Below are positions 8,228-16,714 of a stretch of 57,737 nt of DNA, one piece after another. The DNA comes from Rhodospirillales bacterium (GTDB taxonomy: Bacteria > Pseudomonadota > Alphaproteobacteria > Rhodospirillales > Casp-alpha2). The stretch is from contig JABMOG010000151.1 in assembly GCA_013204265.1 (NCBI GenBank), forward strand, positions 1 to 57,737, read 5' to 3'. The translations under genes were made by a program, and so were the position numbers. The notes beneath the pieces are model-generated. The model ran no database searches, was not told the DNA's origin, and was given only the letters and a program-made list of their open reading frames with translations. Each line of letters begins with the position of its first letter. Within the stretch, counting starts at the first letter, position 1.

Positions 8228-9385
8228 CTACAGGGTTTCGCGGATTTCACCGTCGCTGTAATCGGGGCCAAGGTAGGTGCCGTGCATGGCGTCCATTGAA
8301 TTTACGCTGGGCAGCCGTTCGCCGCCGGACTTGGCGTTGGCGATGGCGAGCGCTACGCCCAGGGACGATCCGGCGTCGCCGGCGGCGGGTTGTATCCAGA
8401 TATTGTCGAACGGGCCTTCGCGCGCGATTCGCCCGTTGGCGACACAGTTGAGCGCCACGCCGCCGGCCATGCACAGGTTTTTCTCGCCTGTTTTTTCATG
8501 CAGGTGGCGGACCAGCGCCAGCACCGCGTCTTCGAGAACATCCTGCACGGACCTTGCCAGGTCCATGTGCCTCTGATTGGGCGGCTCCGCCGGGTCGCGC
8601 CGGGGGCCGCCGAACAACTTGGCAAATCGCTCATTGGTCATGGTCAGACCGGTGCAGTAGTTGAAATAGTCCATGTTTAAATGGAAGGAGCCATCGCCGC
8701 GGATATCGATCAGGTGCTCGCGGATCAGGCCTGAGTATTTGGGTTCGCCATAAGGGGCCATCCCCATGACCTTGTATTCACCGTCGTTGACCTTAAACCC
8801 GAGATAATAGGTAAACGCCGAATACAACATGCCCAGGGAGTGCGGAAAGCGGATTTCATCGGTCAGCGTCAGTTCGCGGCCTTTGGCAACACCGTAAGAC
8901 GTCGTCGCCCATTCGCCGACCCCGTCCATGACCAGAACGGCGGCGCGCTCAAACGGTGACGGATAATAAGCGCTGGCGGCGTGGGAATGGTGGTGGAAAC
9001 CGAACAGAACCTTGTCCGGGTCCAGCGTGCCGCGCTCCAGCCCATTGAGCCCGGTGATGATGAGGTTCTTCTGCAGGATCTTTTCCTTGACCCATACCGG
9101 GATCGCTTCGACGAAGGATTCCAGGCCCGCAGGTGCAAAGGCAAGATAGGTTTCCAGCAATCGGTCGAAGGTCAGCAGCGGCTTGTCGTAAAAGCCGACA
9201 TGATCAATCTCATCCAGAGTAACGTCGGCGGCATCCAGACAATAGGCGGCGGCGTCCGCCGGAAACGTGGCATCGTTTTTCTTGCGGGAAAACCGTTCCT
9301 GCTGGGCGGCGGCGACGATGACACCGTCGCGGACGATGGCGGCGGCGCTGTCGTGGTAAAAGGCGGAAAGGCCGAGAACGATCAT
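8228..9385 (-). CDS. Carbamoyltransferase (NodU/CmcH family), N-terminal part ending in a premature in-frame TAG
   Basis: MIVLGLSAFYHDSAAAIVRDGVIVAAAQQERFSRKKND, HHHSHAASAYY and LCMAGGVALNCVANG. Together with 7592..8227 it would make about 597 codons, a typical full length for this family. Confidence 0.85.
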   Translation of the reverse strand: MIVLGLSAFYHDSAAAIVRDGVIVAAAQQERFSRKKNDATFPADAAAYCLDAADVTLDEIDHVGFYDKPLLTFDRLLETYLAFAPAGLESFVEAIPVWVKEKILQKNLIITGLNGLERGTLDPDKVLFGFHHHSHAASAYYPSPFERAAVLVMDGVGEWATTSYGVAKGRELTLTDEIRFPHSLGMLYSAFTYYLGFKVNDGEYKVMGMAPYGEPKYSGLIREHLIDIRGDGSFHLNMDYFNYCTGLTMTNERFAKLFGGPRRDPAEPPNQRHMDLARSVQDVLEDAVLALVRHLHEKTGEKNLCMAGGVALNCVANGRIAREGPFDNIWIQPAAGDAGSSLGVALAIANAKSGGERLPSVNSMDAMHGTYLGPDYSDGEIRETL

Positions 9386-9403
9386 GAGTAGGGCTAAACC
9401 TGT

Positions 9404-9556
9404 TTAGAAAATAGCATAAATGAAGGGTGCGATGGCGGTGCTTTGGGCCGCGATCAACAGTCCGCCCAGCGCGATCAGGCCGATTAAAATCGGCGCCATC
9501 CAGAATTTCTTGTAGACGCGCATGAATTTTACGAGCTGGCTGAAAAGGGAAAGCAT
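9404..9556 (-). CDS. Small (50 aa) membrane protein, SxtK/DUF5989-like
   Basis: Below the ORF-track cutoff; translated by hand as MLSLFSQLVKFMRVYKKFWMAPILIGLIALGGLLIAAQSTAIAPFIYAIF. It has one TM helix and the C-terminal APFIY motif I recall for the small proteins found beside carbamoyltransferase and SxtJ genes. Confidence 0.6.
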   Translation of the reverse strand: MLSLFSQLVKFMRVYKKFWMAPILIGLIALGGLLIAAQSTAIAPFIYAIF

Positions 9557-9579
9557 TGTTTTGTCTTTGCCGCCGGGAT

Positions 9580-9969
9580 CTAAAACATGTCGGGAAGGGT
9601 GGTTTCGTCGGTGTGGCGCGTCACTGGGTGCCAGTAGGTAGCGGTCTTGGGCACAGGGGTTCGCTTCAGGGGGTCACGTCCGAACAATCGCATGATGAGA
9701 CCGAAGGGTAAAATGAGAAGATAAAAAAATGACGCCAGAAGCGTGAAATTTACGACCCGATGGATACGTCCGGCCAAGATGCTCCACAACCGGTTGAAAG
9801 GAAGCAATGCCCCCGGCGCGATGAGGGCGATGGCCAAGAACAAGCCGGAACCAATCAGAAGCCAACCGACGATGACCCCGAAGGCTAACCACCCGACCGT
9901 GGCGAAAATCGAGAAAATGGCGGCGAACGCAAGCCCGAAAGTGCGGTCCGTCAGTTTTTGTTGGGCCAT
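9580..9969 (-). CDS. SxtJ-like membrane protein
   Basis: 129 aa with two or three TM helices (FGLAFAAIFSIFATVGWLAFGVIVGWLLIGSGLFLAIALI). It sits next to the carbamoyltransferase and the small DUF5989-like ORF. Confidence 0.55.
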   Translation of the reverse strand: MAQQKLTDRTFGLAFAAIFSIFATVGWLAFGVIVGWLLIGSGLFLAIALIAPGALLPFNRLWSILAGRIHRVVNFTLLASFFYLLILPFGLIMRLFGRDPLKRTPVPKTATYWHPVTRHTDETTLPDMF

Positions 9970-9978
9970 GGGGTCCTG

Positions 9979-10971
9979 TCAGTCAATCTTGGGTGCAAGG
10001 TAATCGAAAAGCGCGCCGGCAATAACCTTGTGCGCCGATGCACTGGGATGGGGATCGTTACGGGCCACCCACGCCTTGGAGGGATCGTCGCTGAAGGCCT
10101 CCTGGAAACGCGAGAGCGGATTGATCATGGGAATTCCCATTGCCTCGAAGGCGGCGCCGATCTTTTCGTAGATCGGCGGATAGGGACCGTTATCTGAAAG
10201 GTCATGTAGTTCGGGCACCAGCAAGGCGACAAGCGGGATGCCACGTTTGTCGGTTATGGCTTTTATTTCCCGGATTGCGGCCTTGGCTTTTTGCCAACCC
10301 GGCGCGCCTTCCACATACAGATCCCGGTAGTGCTCGGCCAGGGTTTTCGTTGATACCACCATCAACGTTTTGATGTGCTGGTAAATAAACGCCGCAAACA
10401 GGGAATATCTTAGAATGGAGCTGTCCTCCCGCTTTGGGTCCTGCTCGGCGTCGTTGACGTAAAACTGCAAAACCGCCACGTCCGGTTTTGTGAGGTCGAC
10501 TTGACGTTTGAACAACTCGGCGGCGTAATAGGTGTTGTAATTACCGATGCCGGCGTTGATGCCGGTATAGCGGTGCCCGTTTTGGGGGCCCTTTTCACTA
10601 TTCAGGCGGTTCTCGACGCGACCGACAAATCCTTCCTCGGCCTCAACGCCCCAGCCTAGGGCGATGGAACTGCCAAGTACATGAAACCGCCGTTCGTTTT
10701 CCCCCTTGAGGACGCGAAGCTCGGCGCTACGGTGGCCGAGAGAATTCAAGGTGACCTCGACCCCCATCAGGTGGGCGCTGGAATTGGGCCGGTGTTCATG
10801 TGAAATTTCAGGGACCGGGCTTTTGATTTTCAATTCTTTTGCGTATTCCAGCATCTCGATGCTGTAGACGTCCACAAACGTAGAAATAGCCCTGATCGAG
10901 AGCTCGCCACAGGCCAGGACGTAAACGGTCATTAACAGCCAGGACAATACTTTTTTAATGGTTGGGTTCAT
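9979..10971 (-). CDS. SGNH/GDSL-type hydrolase or acyltransferase, membrane-anchored (AlgJ/AlgX/DltD-like role)
   Basis: N-terminal TM helix. SGNH blocks HVLGSSIALGWGV, GINAGIGNYNT and RNDPHPSASAHKVIA. Adjacent to the MBOAT gene. Confidence 0.7.
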   Translation of the reverse strand: MNPTIKKVLSWLLMTVYVLACGELSIRAISTFVDVYSIEMLEYAKELKIKSPVPEISHEHRPNSSAHLMGVEVTLNSLGHRSAELRVLKGENERRFHVLGSSIALGWGVEAEEGFVGRVENRLNSEKGPQNGHRYTGINAGIGNYNTYYAAELFKRQVDLTKPDVAVLQFYVNDAEQDPKREDSSILRYSLFAAFIYQHIKTLMVVSTKTLAEHYRDLYVEGAPGWQKAKAAIREIKAITDKRGIPLVALLVPELHDLSDNGPYPPIYEKIGAAFEAMGIPMINPLSRFQEAFSDDPSKAWVARNDPHPSASAHKVIAGALFDYLAPKID

Positions 10972-10973
10972 GT

Positions 10974-12416
10974 TCAGAACTGAAAATAGATGAATGGTCT
11001 GTCGCCGAAATCACCGAAAACCACAGTCAGGGTTCCAACAAACGCAAAAAAGGCGAAGCGCACCGGCAGTGGCCATTTTAGCACGATAAAAGTATCATCC
11101 TTAAGGTCCTGAAAAACCTGAACGAAAATAAGAACGGCCGAAAAGAGAACTATTTTCAGGGCCGTTGCGGCAAGATCGAGCTGTGGGTCAAGTTGGAAGT
11201 TTTGAAACAGGCTTAAAAACATGTCGCCAGCCTGTTCCATGGACGAGGCCCGAAAAATCAACCAGCCGCCACAGGCCAGATTGAAGGTCAGAAAAATCTG
11301 AACAAACAGGTTTATCTTATCCCACTTGTTGCGGATCAGGTAATAGGCCCAGATCATAAGGGCGTGATAGACCCCGAAAAATCCAAAATTCCATCCCGCC
11401 CCGTGCCAGAACCCCAACAAGTATTCCGCCACCAACAGGGCGATAAAAAAAGCGATTCCATGGCGTGTTTTATAGGAAAGGCCTTTAAGTCTCTTGTTGT
11501 TGGAAATGTACATGTAGAACGGTGAGAAAACATAATCCCTGAACCAGCTCGACAAGGAAATGTGCCAGCGCCGCCAGAAGTCGGAAATATTCTTGGCAAA
11601 ATACGGACGCCGAAAATTTTCCATAAGATAAAAGCCCATGACCAGCCCCAGCCCAATGGCCATGAAGGAATATCCAGCAAAATCACAATAGATTTGCAGC
11701 GCGAAAGCATAAACTGCAAGAAGAACGCTGCCGCCATCATAGGGGCCGGAGGAAGCAAAAACGGGATCAACGATCTTGGCTAGGTTGTCGGCGATGAAGA
11801 CCTTGAGGAAAAGGCCCCAGAAAAACAGGTAGAGGCCCCGGAAAGTGTGTTCCAGAGTAATCTGGCGGGGCTGTAGAATTTGGGGCAAAAGCCGGGTTCC
11901 CCGCTCGATCGGCCCGGCGATCAGCTGCGGGAAAAAGGAAACGTAAAGGGCAAAATCAAGAAAATTTTGAGCGGCCCTTATTTTCCCACGATAGACGTCT
12001 ATGGTGTAGCTCATGGTCTGGAACGTATAGAAGGAAATGCCGACCGGCAGCGCAATGTTCAGAAAGTAAGGATGAACGGTCAGACCGAAGTTCCCCATCA
12101 GATCCTGAAAGTTGACGGCGAAGAAGTCGTAGTATTTGAAAACGCCCAGTATCGACAAATTGGCAATGATGGAAATCGTGACAAATATTTTTTTTCTTTT
12201 CGCGCGCTGCGTTGTCTCAATCCCGTGTGAACACAGGAAATCCACCACAGTAGAAAGGAGAATCAACGAAAGATACCGCCAGTCCCAGGAGCCGTAGAAA
12301 ACATAGCTCGCGACCAGCAGCATCCTGTTCTGTAACTTGTGTGACAGAACCAGATAGGCCACATAGACAATTGGAAAAAAAATGGCGAATTGAAAGGAGT
12401 GGAAAAGCACGGTCAT
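10974..12416 (-). CDS. MBOAT-family membrane O-acyltransferase (AlgI/DltB-like)
   Basis: Polytopic. The conserved His region is ISDFWRRWHISLSSWFRDYVFSPF, and the N-terminus MTVLFHSFQFAIFFP is typical of AlgI/DltB. The start is uncertain: ATG 12416 is chosen and the ORF-track TTG at 12443 is the alternative. Confidence 0.85.
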   Translation of the reverse strand: MTVLFHSFQFAIFFPIVYVAYLVLSHKLQNRMLLVASYVFYGSWDWRYLSLILLSTVVDFLCSHGIETTQRAKRKKIFVTISIIANLSILGVFKYYDFFAVNFQDLMGNFGLTVHPYFLNIALPVGISFYTFQTMSYTIDVYRGKIRAAQNFLDFALYVSFFPQLIAGPIERGTRLLPQILQPRQITLEHTFRGLYLFFWGLFLKVFIADNLAKIVDPVFASSGPYDGGSVLLAVYAFALQIYCDFAGYSFMAIGLGLVMGFYLMENFRRPYFAKNISDFWRRWHISLSSWFRDYVFSPFYMYISNNKRLKGLSYKTRHGIAFFIALLVAEYLLGFWHGAGWNFGFFGVYHALMIWAYYLIRNKWDKINLFVQIFLTFNLACGGWLIFRASSMEQAGDMFLSLFQNFQLDPQLDLAATALKIVLFSAVLIFVQVFQDLKDDTFIVLKWPLPVRFAFFAFVGTLTVVFGDFGDRPFIYFQF

Positions 12417-12461
12417 CCTCACCGCCGGAAACGGGCGGGCCAAAAGAATTTGACATTAAAT

Positions 12462-12716
12462 TTAGGGCTGCGCGTCTGCCGAAACGGTTTCCGCCTGTTT
12501 CAGAATTAGTTCCGCGAGCGTGTTGAGAGACGTGAACGCGTCAAAATCCAGGGTATCCATGTCCAGCTCGATGCCCAACTCCTCCTTCACGAAGGTTATC
12601 GCCAGCATCATGGTGTAAGAGTCGATATCGAGCCTCTGATCATGGCTCTCAATCGTTTTCTGGGTGTCGTCTTCAATCAGTTTTTTCAACTGGTCGGCAA
12701 TTTCCGTTTTTCCCAT
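12462..12716 (-). CDS. Stand-alone acyl/peptidyl carrier protein (DltC-like position)
   Basis: 84 aa and acidic. Candidate phosphopantetheine site LDIDSYTMMLAITFVKEELGIELD. Sits immediately upstream of the MBOAT gene. Confidence 0.7.
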   Translation of the reverse strand: MGKTEIADQLKKLIEDDTQKTIESHDQRLDIDSYTMMLAITFVKEELGIELDMDTLDFDAFTSLNTLAELILKQAETVSADAQP

Positions 12717-12717
12717 T

Positions 12718-13560
12718 TTATTTTGCCTTCGCTGTTATCCAGTAATACGAGGTGTCGAAGGGGATGCCCCTGTCGGTGCCGATCTTTTCCAATTCCTCGC
12801 GTAAATCAATCATAAAATGGTTCTTGTCCTTGACCTCGGCAATAACCGGAGAGGATCGAGCTTTCCACCATTTCATGTGTTCGTCAAAGGTCCCATAGAC
12901 GACGTCGTCGAATTTTTGAACTTCGATTTTAAAACAGTCGTCAAACGGCGAAAAGGCGGTTTTTACCTGCTCGGGTGTGACTCTCTGGACCAGCGCCGCG
13001 GTGTCTATTATCTGGGCAAAAGTCAGGTGATTGCGAAGGGCGTTGACAATTGCCTTTTTGAAAATGGCGCCGTCGTTCTTGGCGATCATCAGGATATCCA
13101 GGCTACCCGTATCCCTCAGAACCCGGCGCATCTCCGTCGCCGCTATCTCAAGCGACTTCACCCAATGTAGGGCGAGGGTAGAGATGATCTTGTCCTGGGA
13201 TTTATCATTTAGGGGAATTTCTTCGAACGATCCCATATCGAAGGAAAAAATTTTGTCGTTCTCGTATTTTTCAATGGCAATTTTCAACATGCCCTCGGCC
13301 GGCTCTATTCCAGTGCCCTGCATGTTTTGTTCGCGGAATTGGCTTTGGAGTTCGTCGAAAACAAACCCGGTACCACAACCGAGGTCCAGTATGTCTGTGT
13401 CATCCGGTTGGAAAGAAATTTGCTCCAGAAAACGAACGGTGATGTCCCCATACAGGAAATTCTTGTTCAAGGGATCTTCGTATTCTTTTGAGCCCTGGGA
13501 GGAATAGGACGTTACGGTGCTTTTTCTAATGGGGTCATTTTCGCTTATGGGTTTTGACAT
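12718..13560 (-). CDS. Class I SAM-dependent methyltransferase
   Basis: ILDLGCGTGFVFDEL, GTGIEPAEGML and DKIISTLALHW. Confidence 0.8.
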   Translation of the reverse strand: MSKPISENDPIRKSTVTSYSSQGSKEYEDPLNKNFLYGDITVRFLEQISFQPDDTDILDLGCGTGFVFDELQSQFREQNMQGTGIEPAEGMLKIAIEKYENDKIFSFDMGSFEEIPLNDKSQDKIISTLALHWVKSLEIAATEMRRVLRDTGSLDILMIAKNDGAIFKKAIVNALRNHLTFAQIIDTAALVQRVTPEQVKTAFSPFDDCFKIEVQKFDDVVYGTFDEHMKWWKARSSPVIAEVKDKNHFMIDLREELEKIGTDRGIPFDTSYYWITAKAK

Positions 13561-13608
13561 TGTTTTTTATGTTCTCATTTTAAACGGTGCGGGCGTGAGC
13601 GGGACGGA

Positions 13609-14622
13609 TCAATTTTTGGCCTTCAGATGTTTAATGATGGCACGTGCTGCGGACGCATGCCCCTTGGGGCTCCAATGGCCGTCGTTGGCAAAATAATTTT
13701 TCTGCGGATCGTCATCTTCGCTGAAGGCCTGGCCGATATCGATGACCTTAAGGCCGATTTTCTTGAATTGAGCAATGACCGCCTTGTGAGTGCGCCACGC
13801 GGTCTTTTTCTCATCTTCGGTGCCAAACCACAACCCCCTGGAATGGCCGATAATGATAGTGGTCTCGTATTTTTCCGCCAGTCGGGCGGCGCGGCGGGTC
13901 ATGGAATTAATATTTTCCCTGGAAAAAGGCAGGTGCGCGACCCCCTCGATACTGGGGTTTAAGAACCCCAGCTCTATGGCTTTTTTCTTTAGCATTTCGT
14001 TTTTGTGAACAAAGGACGTCACCAAAAAATAAAATGCCGAATGGGTCATCAAAATCGGCTTAAGAGTGGCGACGATACCTGAGCGCGGACTGGGGGCCGG
14101 TTTTTCCTCGGCCTTTTTTTCGAAATTCTTTAAATTGATGGACATGCTGATGGCCAACAGAAGCCTGGTTATTTTTGCGCCATTTTTTTTTGCATAACCC
14201 AGGACCTTCTCGAAATTGTCCATGTCCCCCGGAATGCTTAGATTGAAGACCTTTCGCCCCAAGGCTGCCTGGATAAGGTTTGAATAACGTTCTTCCTCCT
14301 CCACCCCCCATCCAATGCTGAGGGAATCCCCGACCAGGAAATAATCGCCGGGTGCGGAGTCTTCAAGATTTTTGGAATCGCGGAATCCATATTTATTAAA
14401 GTTTACGGTGACGTCAAAATCACCGGTGTTTTTGATCTGCCGCAATCGGGTGTTGCGAGGGCCCAGGGTGGGTATTTCGCCATTGCCCTTAACGAAGCGG
14501 AGATGCCCTGAGGGTTCAAGGGCGGGATACATCAAGCGGGTCCCATATTCGATACCAACGGCCGTAACCGCAATGGATATGGTGACAAGAAAAAAGTTTG
14601 TTAAAAGGGGTTTGAATTTCAT
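13609..14622 (-). CDS. SGNH/GDSL-type hydrolase or acyltransferase, membrane-anchored (second copy)
   Basis: N-terminal TM helix (FFLVTISIAVTAVGI). Block I FLVGDSLSIGWGV and block V NDGHWSPKGHASAA. Confidence 0.7.
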   Translation of the reverse strand: MKFKPLLTNFFLVTISIAVTAVGIEYGTRLMYPALEPSGHLRFVKGNGEIPTLGPRNTRLRQIKNTGDFDVTVNFNKYGFRDSKNLEDSAPGDYFLVGDSLSIGWGVEEEERYSNLIQAALGRKVFNLSIPGDMDNFEKVLGYAKKNGAKITRLLLAISMSINLKNFEKKAEEKPAPSPRSGIVATLKPILMTHSAFYFLVTSFVHKNEMLKKKAIELGFLNPSIEGVAHLPFSRENINSMTRRAARLAEKYETTIIIGHSRGLWFGTEDEKKTAWRTHKAVIAQFKKIGLKVIDIGQAFSEDDDPQKNYFANDGHWSPKGHASAARAIIKHLKAKN

Positions 14623-14651
14623 GAAATTATTTTTTTAGCTTCGCAACGCCG

Positions 14652-15683
14652 TCAGCTTTTCAAACCCCACTTTTTTTTCCAATCCGGGTCGGCGCAATAA
14701 ATTTGATAGACCAGCTGCATGGTGATCAGCGCATCTTCGGACGATCCGTGCAGGATCGGTGTGTCTTGTAGCACTGCATCGGCGAATTCGGCAACCTCGT
14801 CGGCCCAGGACTGGTCGCTTTCGTAGTTACGGATTTCTTCTTCGGGGTCGCCGCGGTCGTCGCCGGTGGTCCGCGCAATGGCCAAGGTCTCGGCGCCGTA
14901 GCTTTTCGACCCGGACAGAATTCCGGTCATGTTCAAAGCGCCTTTCGTCAGTGTGACCTCAAGCCCGAAGCGGTGGCGCCATTGGCTGGCCGACGAATGC
15001 AGCATGGCGACCTTGCCGTCATCGGTACGCATCAAAGCGTAGGCGTTGTCCTCGACGTCATGGTTCCAGACGCTGTTGGAAATAAAGCTGTGGATTTCGG
15101 TAAACTCGCCGGCAAATAGTCTCAACAGGTCAACGATGTGGATGCCCTGGTCCAGCAGTACGCCACCGCCGGAAAGCGCACGCTGGGTGCGCCACGATGT
15201 TTGGTCAAAGGTGATCAATTGCGACTTTCCATAGACGCCGCGAAGGTTGATGACTTCGCCAAGTTCACCGGAATGGAGAATTTCCAGCGCGTCGCGAATG
15301 GAATCGTGATAGCGGTGATTAAATCCATATTTGAGCTTGAGACCGGGGTGTTGTTTTTCCGCCGCAATCACCCGGGCGATGTCATCAATGGTGCGGCCGG
15401 GCGGTTTCTCGCAAAACACATGCAGGTCGTTCGTTAAGCCAGTGATGGTGGCGTCCGGGTTAATGTCGTTGGTCAGGCACACGAACAGCATGTCGAGATT
15501 TTCATCAAAAAGCTTCCGGTAGTCATCATAATAGCGCACCCCGTCCTCGAACGTGCCGTCGCCGTCCAGGTTCCGGTCCGAAACGGCCACCGTTTCCAAT
15601 GCCGGGTGTTCGTCAATGACCGTGCGCCGACGTTTACCAACGACGCCGTATCCGGCGATTCCGACTTTTAATTTTTTAGTCAT
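14652..15683 (-). CDS. Gfo/Idh/MocA-family oxidoreductase
   Basis: KVGIAGYGVVGKRR N-terminal Rossmann fold, and CEKPPGRT (the EKP motif). Confidence 0.85.
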   Translation of the reverse strand: MTKKLKVGIAGYGVVGKRRRTVIDEHPALETVAVSDRNLDGDGTFEDGVRYYDDYRKLFDENLDMLFVCLTNDINPDATITGLTNDLHVFCEKPPGRTIDDIARVIAAEKQHPGLKLKYGFNHRYHDSIRDALEILHSGELGEVINLRGVYGKSQLITFDQTSWRTQRALSGGGVLLDQGIHIVDLLRLFAGEFTEIHSFISNSVWNHDVEDNAYALMRTDDGKVAMLHSSASQWRHRFGLEVTLTKGALNMTGILSGSKSYGAETLAIARTTGDDRGDPEEEIRNYESDQSWADEVAEFADAVLQDTPILHGSSEDALITMQLVYQIYCADPDWKKKWGLKS

Positions 15684-15716
15684 ATGCTCTTGATCCCGTG
15701 GGCGTCGTCAGCCGTG

Positions 15717-16697
15717 TTATCCGTCATTGCCGGGCATTTTTACTCCGGACCGGTCTTTCCTCGGAACCACCTGCTCGACGATGGTTACCGGACCCTTGAC
15801 GCTTTGCTGGTAAATCCGGGCCACGTATTCACCGATGATGCCCAAGAACAGCGCGTTGACGCTGATGCCGAACAGGATCAGCATTGTTTGAGTGGCAAAG
15901 CCGGGTGGCCAAGTCGCGCCGAACATAGCGTGGCCAAGGAAATAAACCAAAACCGCAGCAAACGTCACCATGGCGACAATTAGTCCGGTATAGGTCGCCA
16001 GCCTGAGCGGAATGACCGACTGACTGACGATTCCGTCGAAGGCGATGGAGAAATATTCGCCCGGTGAAAATTTGCTGATCCCCCGTTGTCGGGACTCCCG
16101 GTCATAAGGCACCCCCACCTGCTTGAATCCACAACGCGCGATCATGCCGCGCAGATAGGGGTTGCGGTCTTGGGACGCCGTTATCAGATCGAGGATTTTC
16201 CGGTCCACCAGCCGGAAATCGCCGGCATGGTGTGGCAGGTCGATATCGGCTAACGCATCCACCAGCCTGTAAAAGGCCCGGCGCGCGGTGTGCAGCAGCC
16301 AGCCTTCCTTGCGCGTCTTGCGGATGCCGTAGACAACGGCATTACCTTCCTCCCACAACCTGAGAAATTCGCCGACCAGCGACGGCGGGTCCTGGAGGTC
16401 GCAATCGAGCTGAATTGCAGCATCGCCCCGGGCGTTGGCATAGGCCGTCAGGATCGATCGCTGGTAACCAAAATTCCGGGAAAAGCGGATCACCCGGATG
16501 CGTTTGTCCTTTTCGGCGCGGGCATTCAACATCTTGAAGGTATCGTCGGTGCTGTGGTTGTCGGTAAACAGGATTTCAAAATCATATCGGTCGGACAGAC
16601 CGGCGGTCTCGGCGTTCAGCGTGTCGAGGAACGGTTCGATGTTCTCCTGTTCGTTGAACACCGGAATGACAAAGGAAATCAGTTTTTTGTCTGCCAT
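15717..16697 (-). CDS. GT2 polyprenyl-phosphate glycosyltransferase (GtrB/ArnC/CsbB-like) with two C-terminal TM helices
   Basis: ISFVIPVFNEQENI, DNHSTDDT and LDCDLQDPP. C-terminal helices LATYTGLIVAMVTFAAVLVYF and MLILFGISVNALFLGIIGEY. Confidence 0.85.
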   Translation of the reverse strand: MADKKLISFVIPVFNEQENIEPFLDTLNAETAGLSDRYDFEILFTDNHSTDDTFKMLNARAEKDKRIRVIRFSRNFGYQRSILTAYANARGDAAIQLDCDLQDPPSLVGEFLRLWEEGNAVVYGIRKTRKEGWLLHTARRAFYRLVDALADIDLPHHAGDFRLVDRKILDLITASQDRNPYLRGMIARCGFKQVGVPYDRESRQRGISKFSPGEYFSIAFDGIVSQSVIPLRLATYTGLIVAMVTFAAVLVYFLGHAMFGATWPPGFATQTMLILFGISVNALFLGIIGEYVARIYQQSVKGPVTIVEQVVPRKDRSGVKMPGNDG

Positions 16698-16714
16698 ATC
16701 AGCCTTATCCCGCG

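Noticed and set aside
8228-8230. Reading the in-frame TAG in the carbamoyltransferase as pyrrolysine or another programmed recoding event.
   Set aside because: No pyl genes or recoding signal are visible in the window, and nothing in the sequence supports it. A nonsense mutation, a sequencing error or a split gene are simpler explanations.
14183-14191. A/T homopolymer runs of 8-9 nt inside genes (12188..12195, 14183..14191, 14671..14678, 28015..28022, 34469..34477, 40678..40685) as phase-variation switches.
   Set aside because: They are runs of Lys (AAA/AAG) codons, mostly in AT-rich genes. They are short for slippage-based switching, and I have no evidence of variability.
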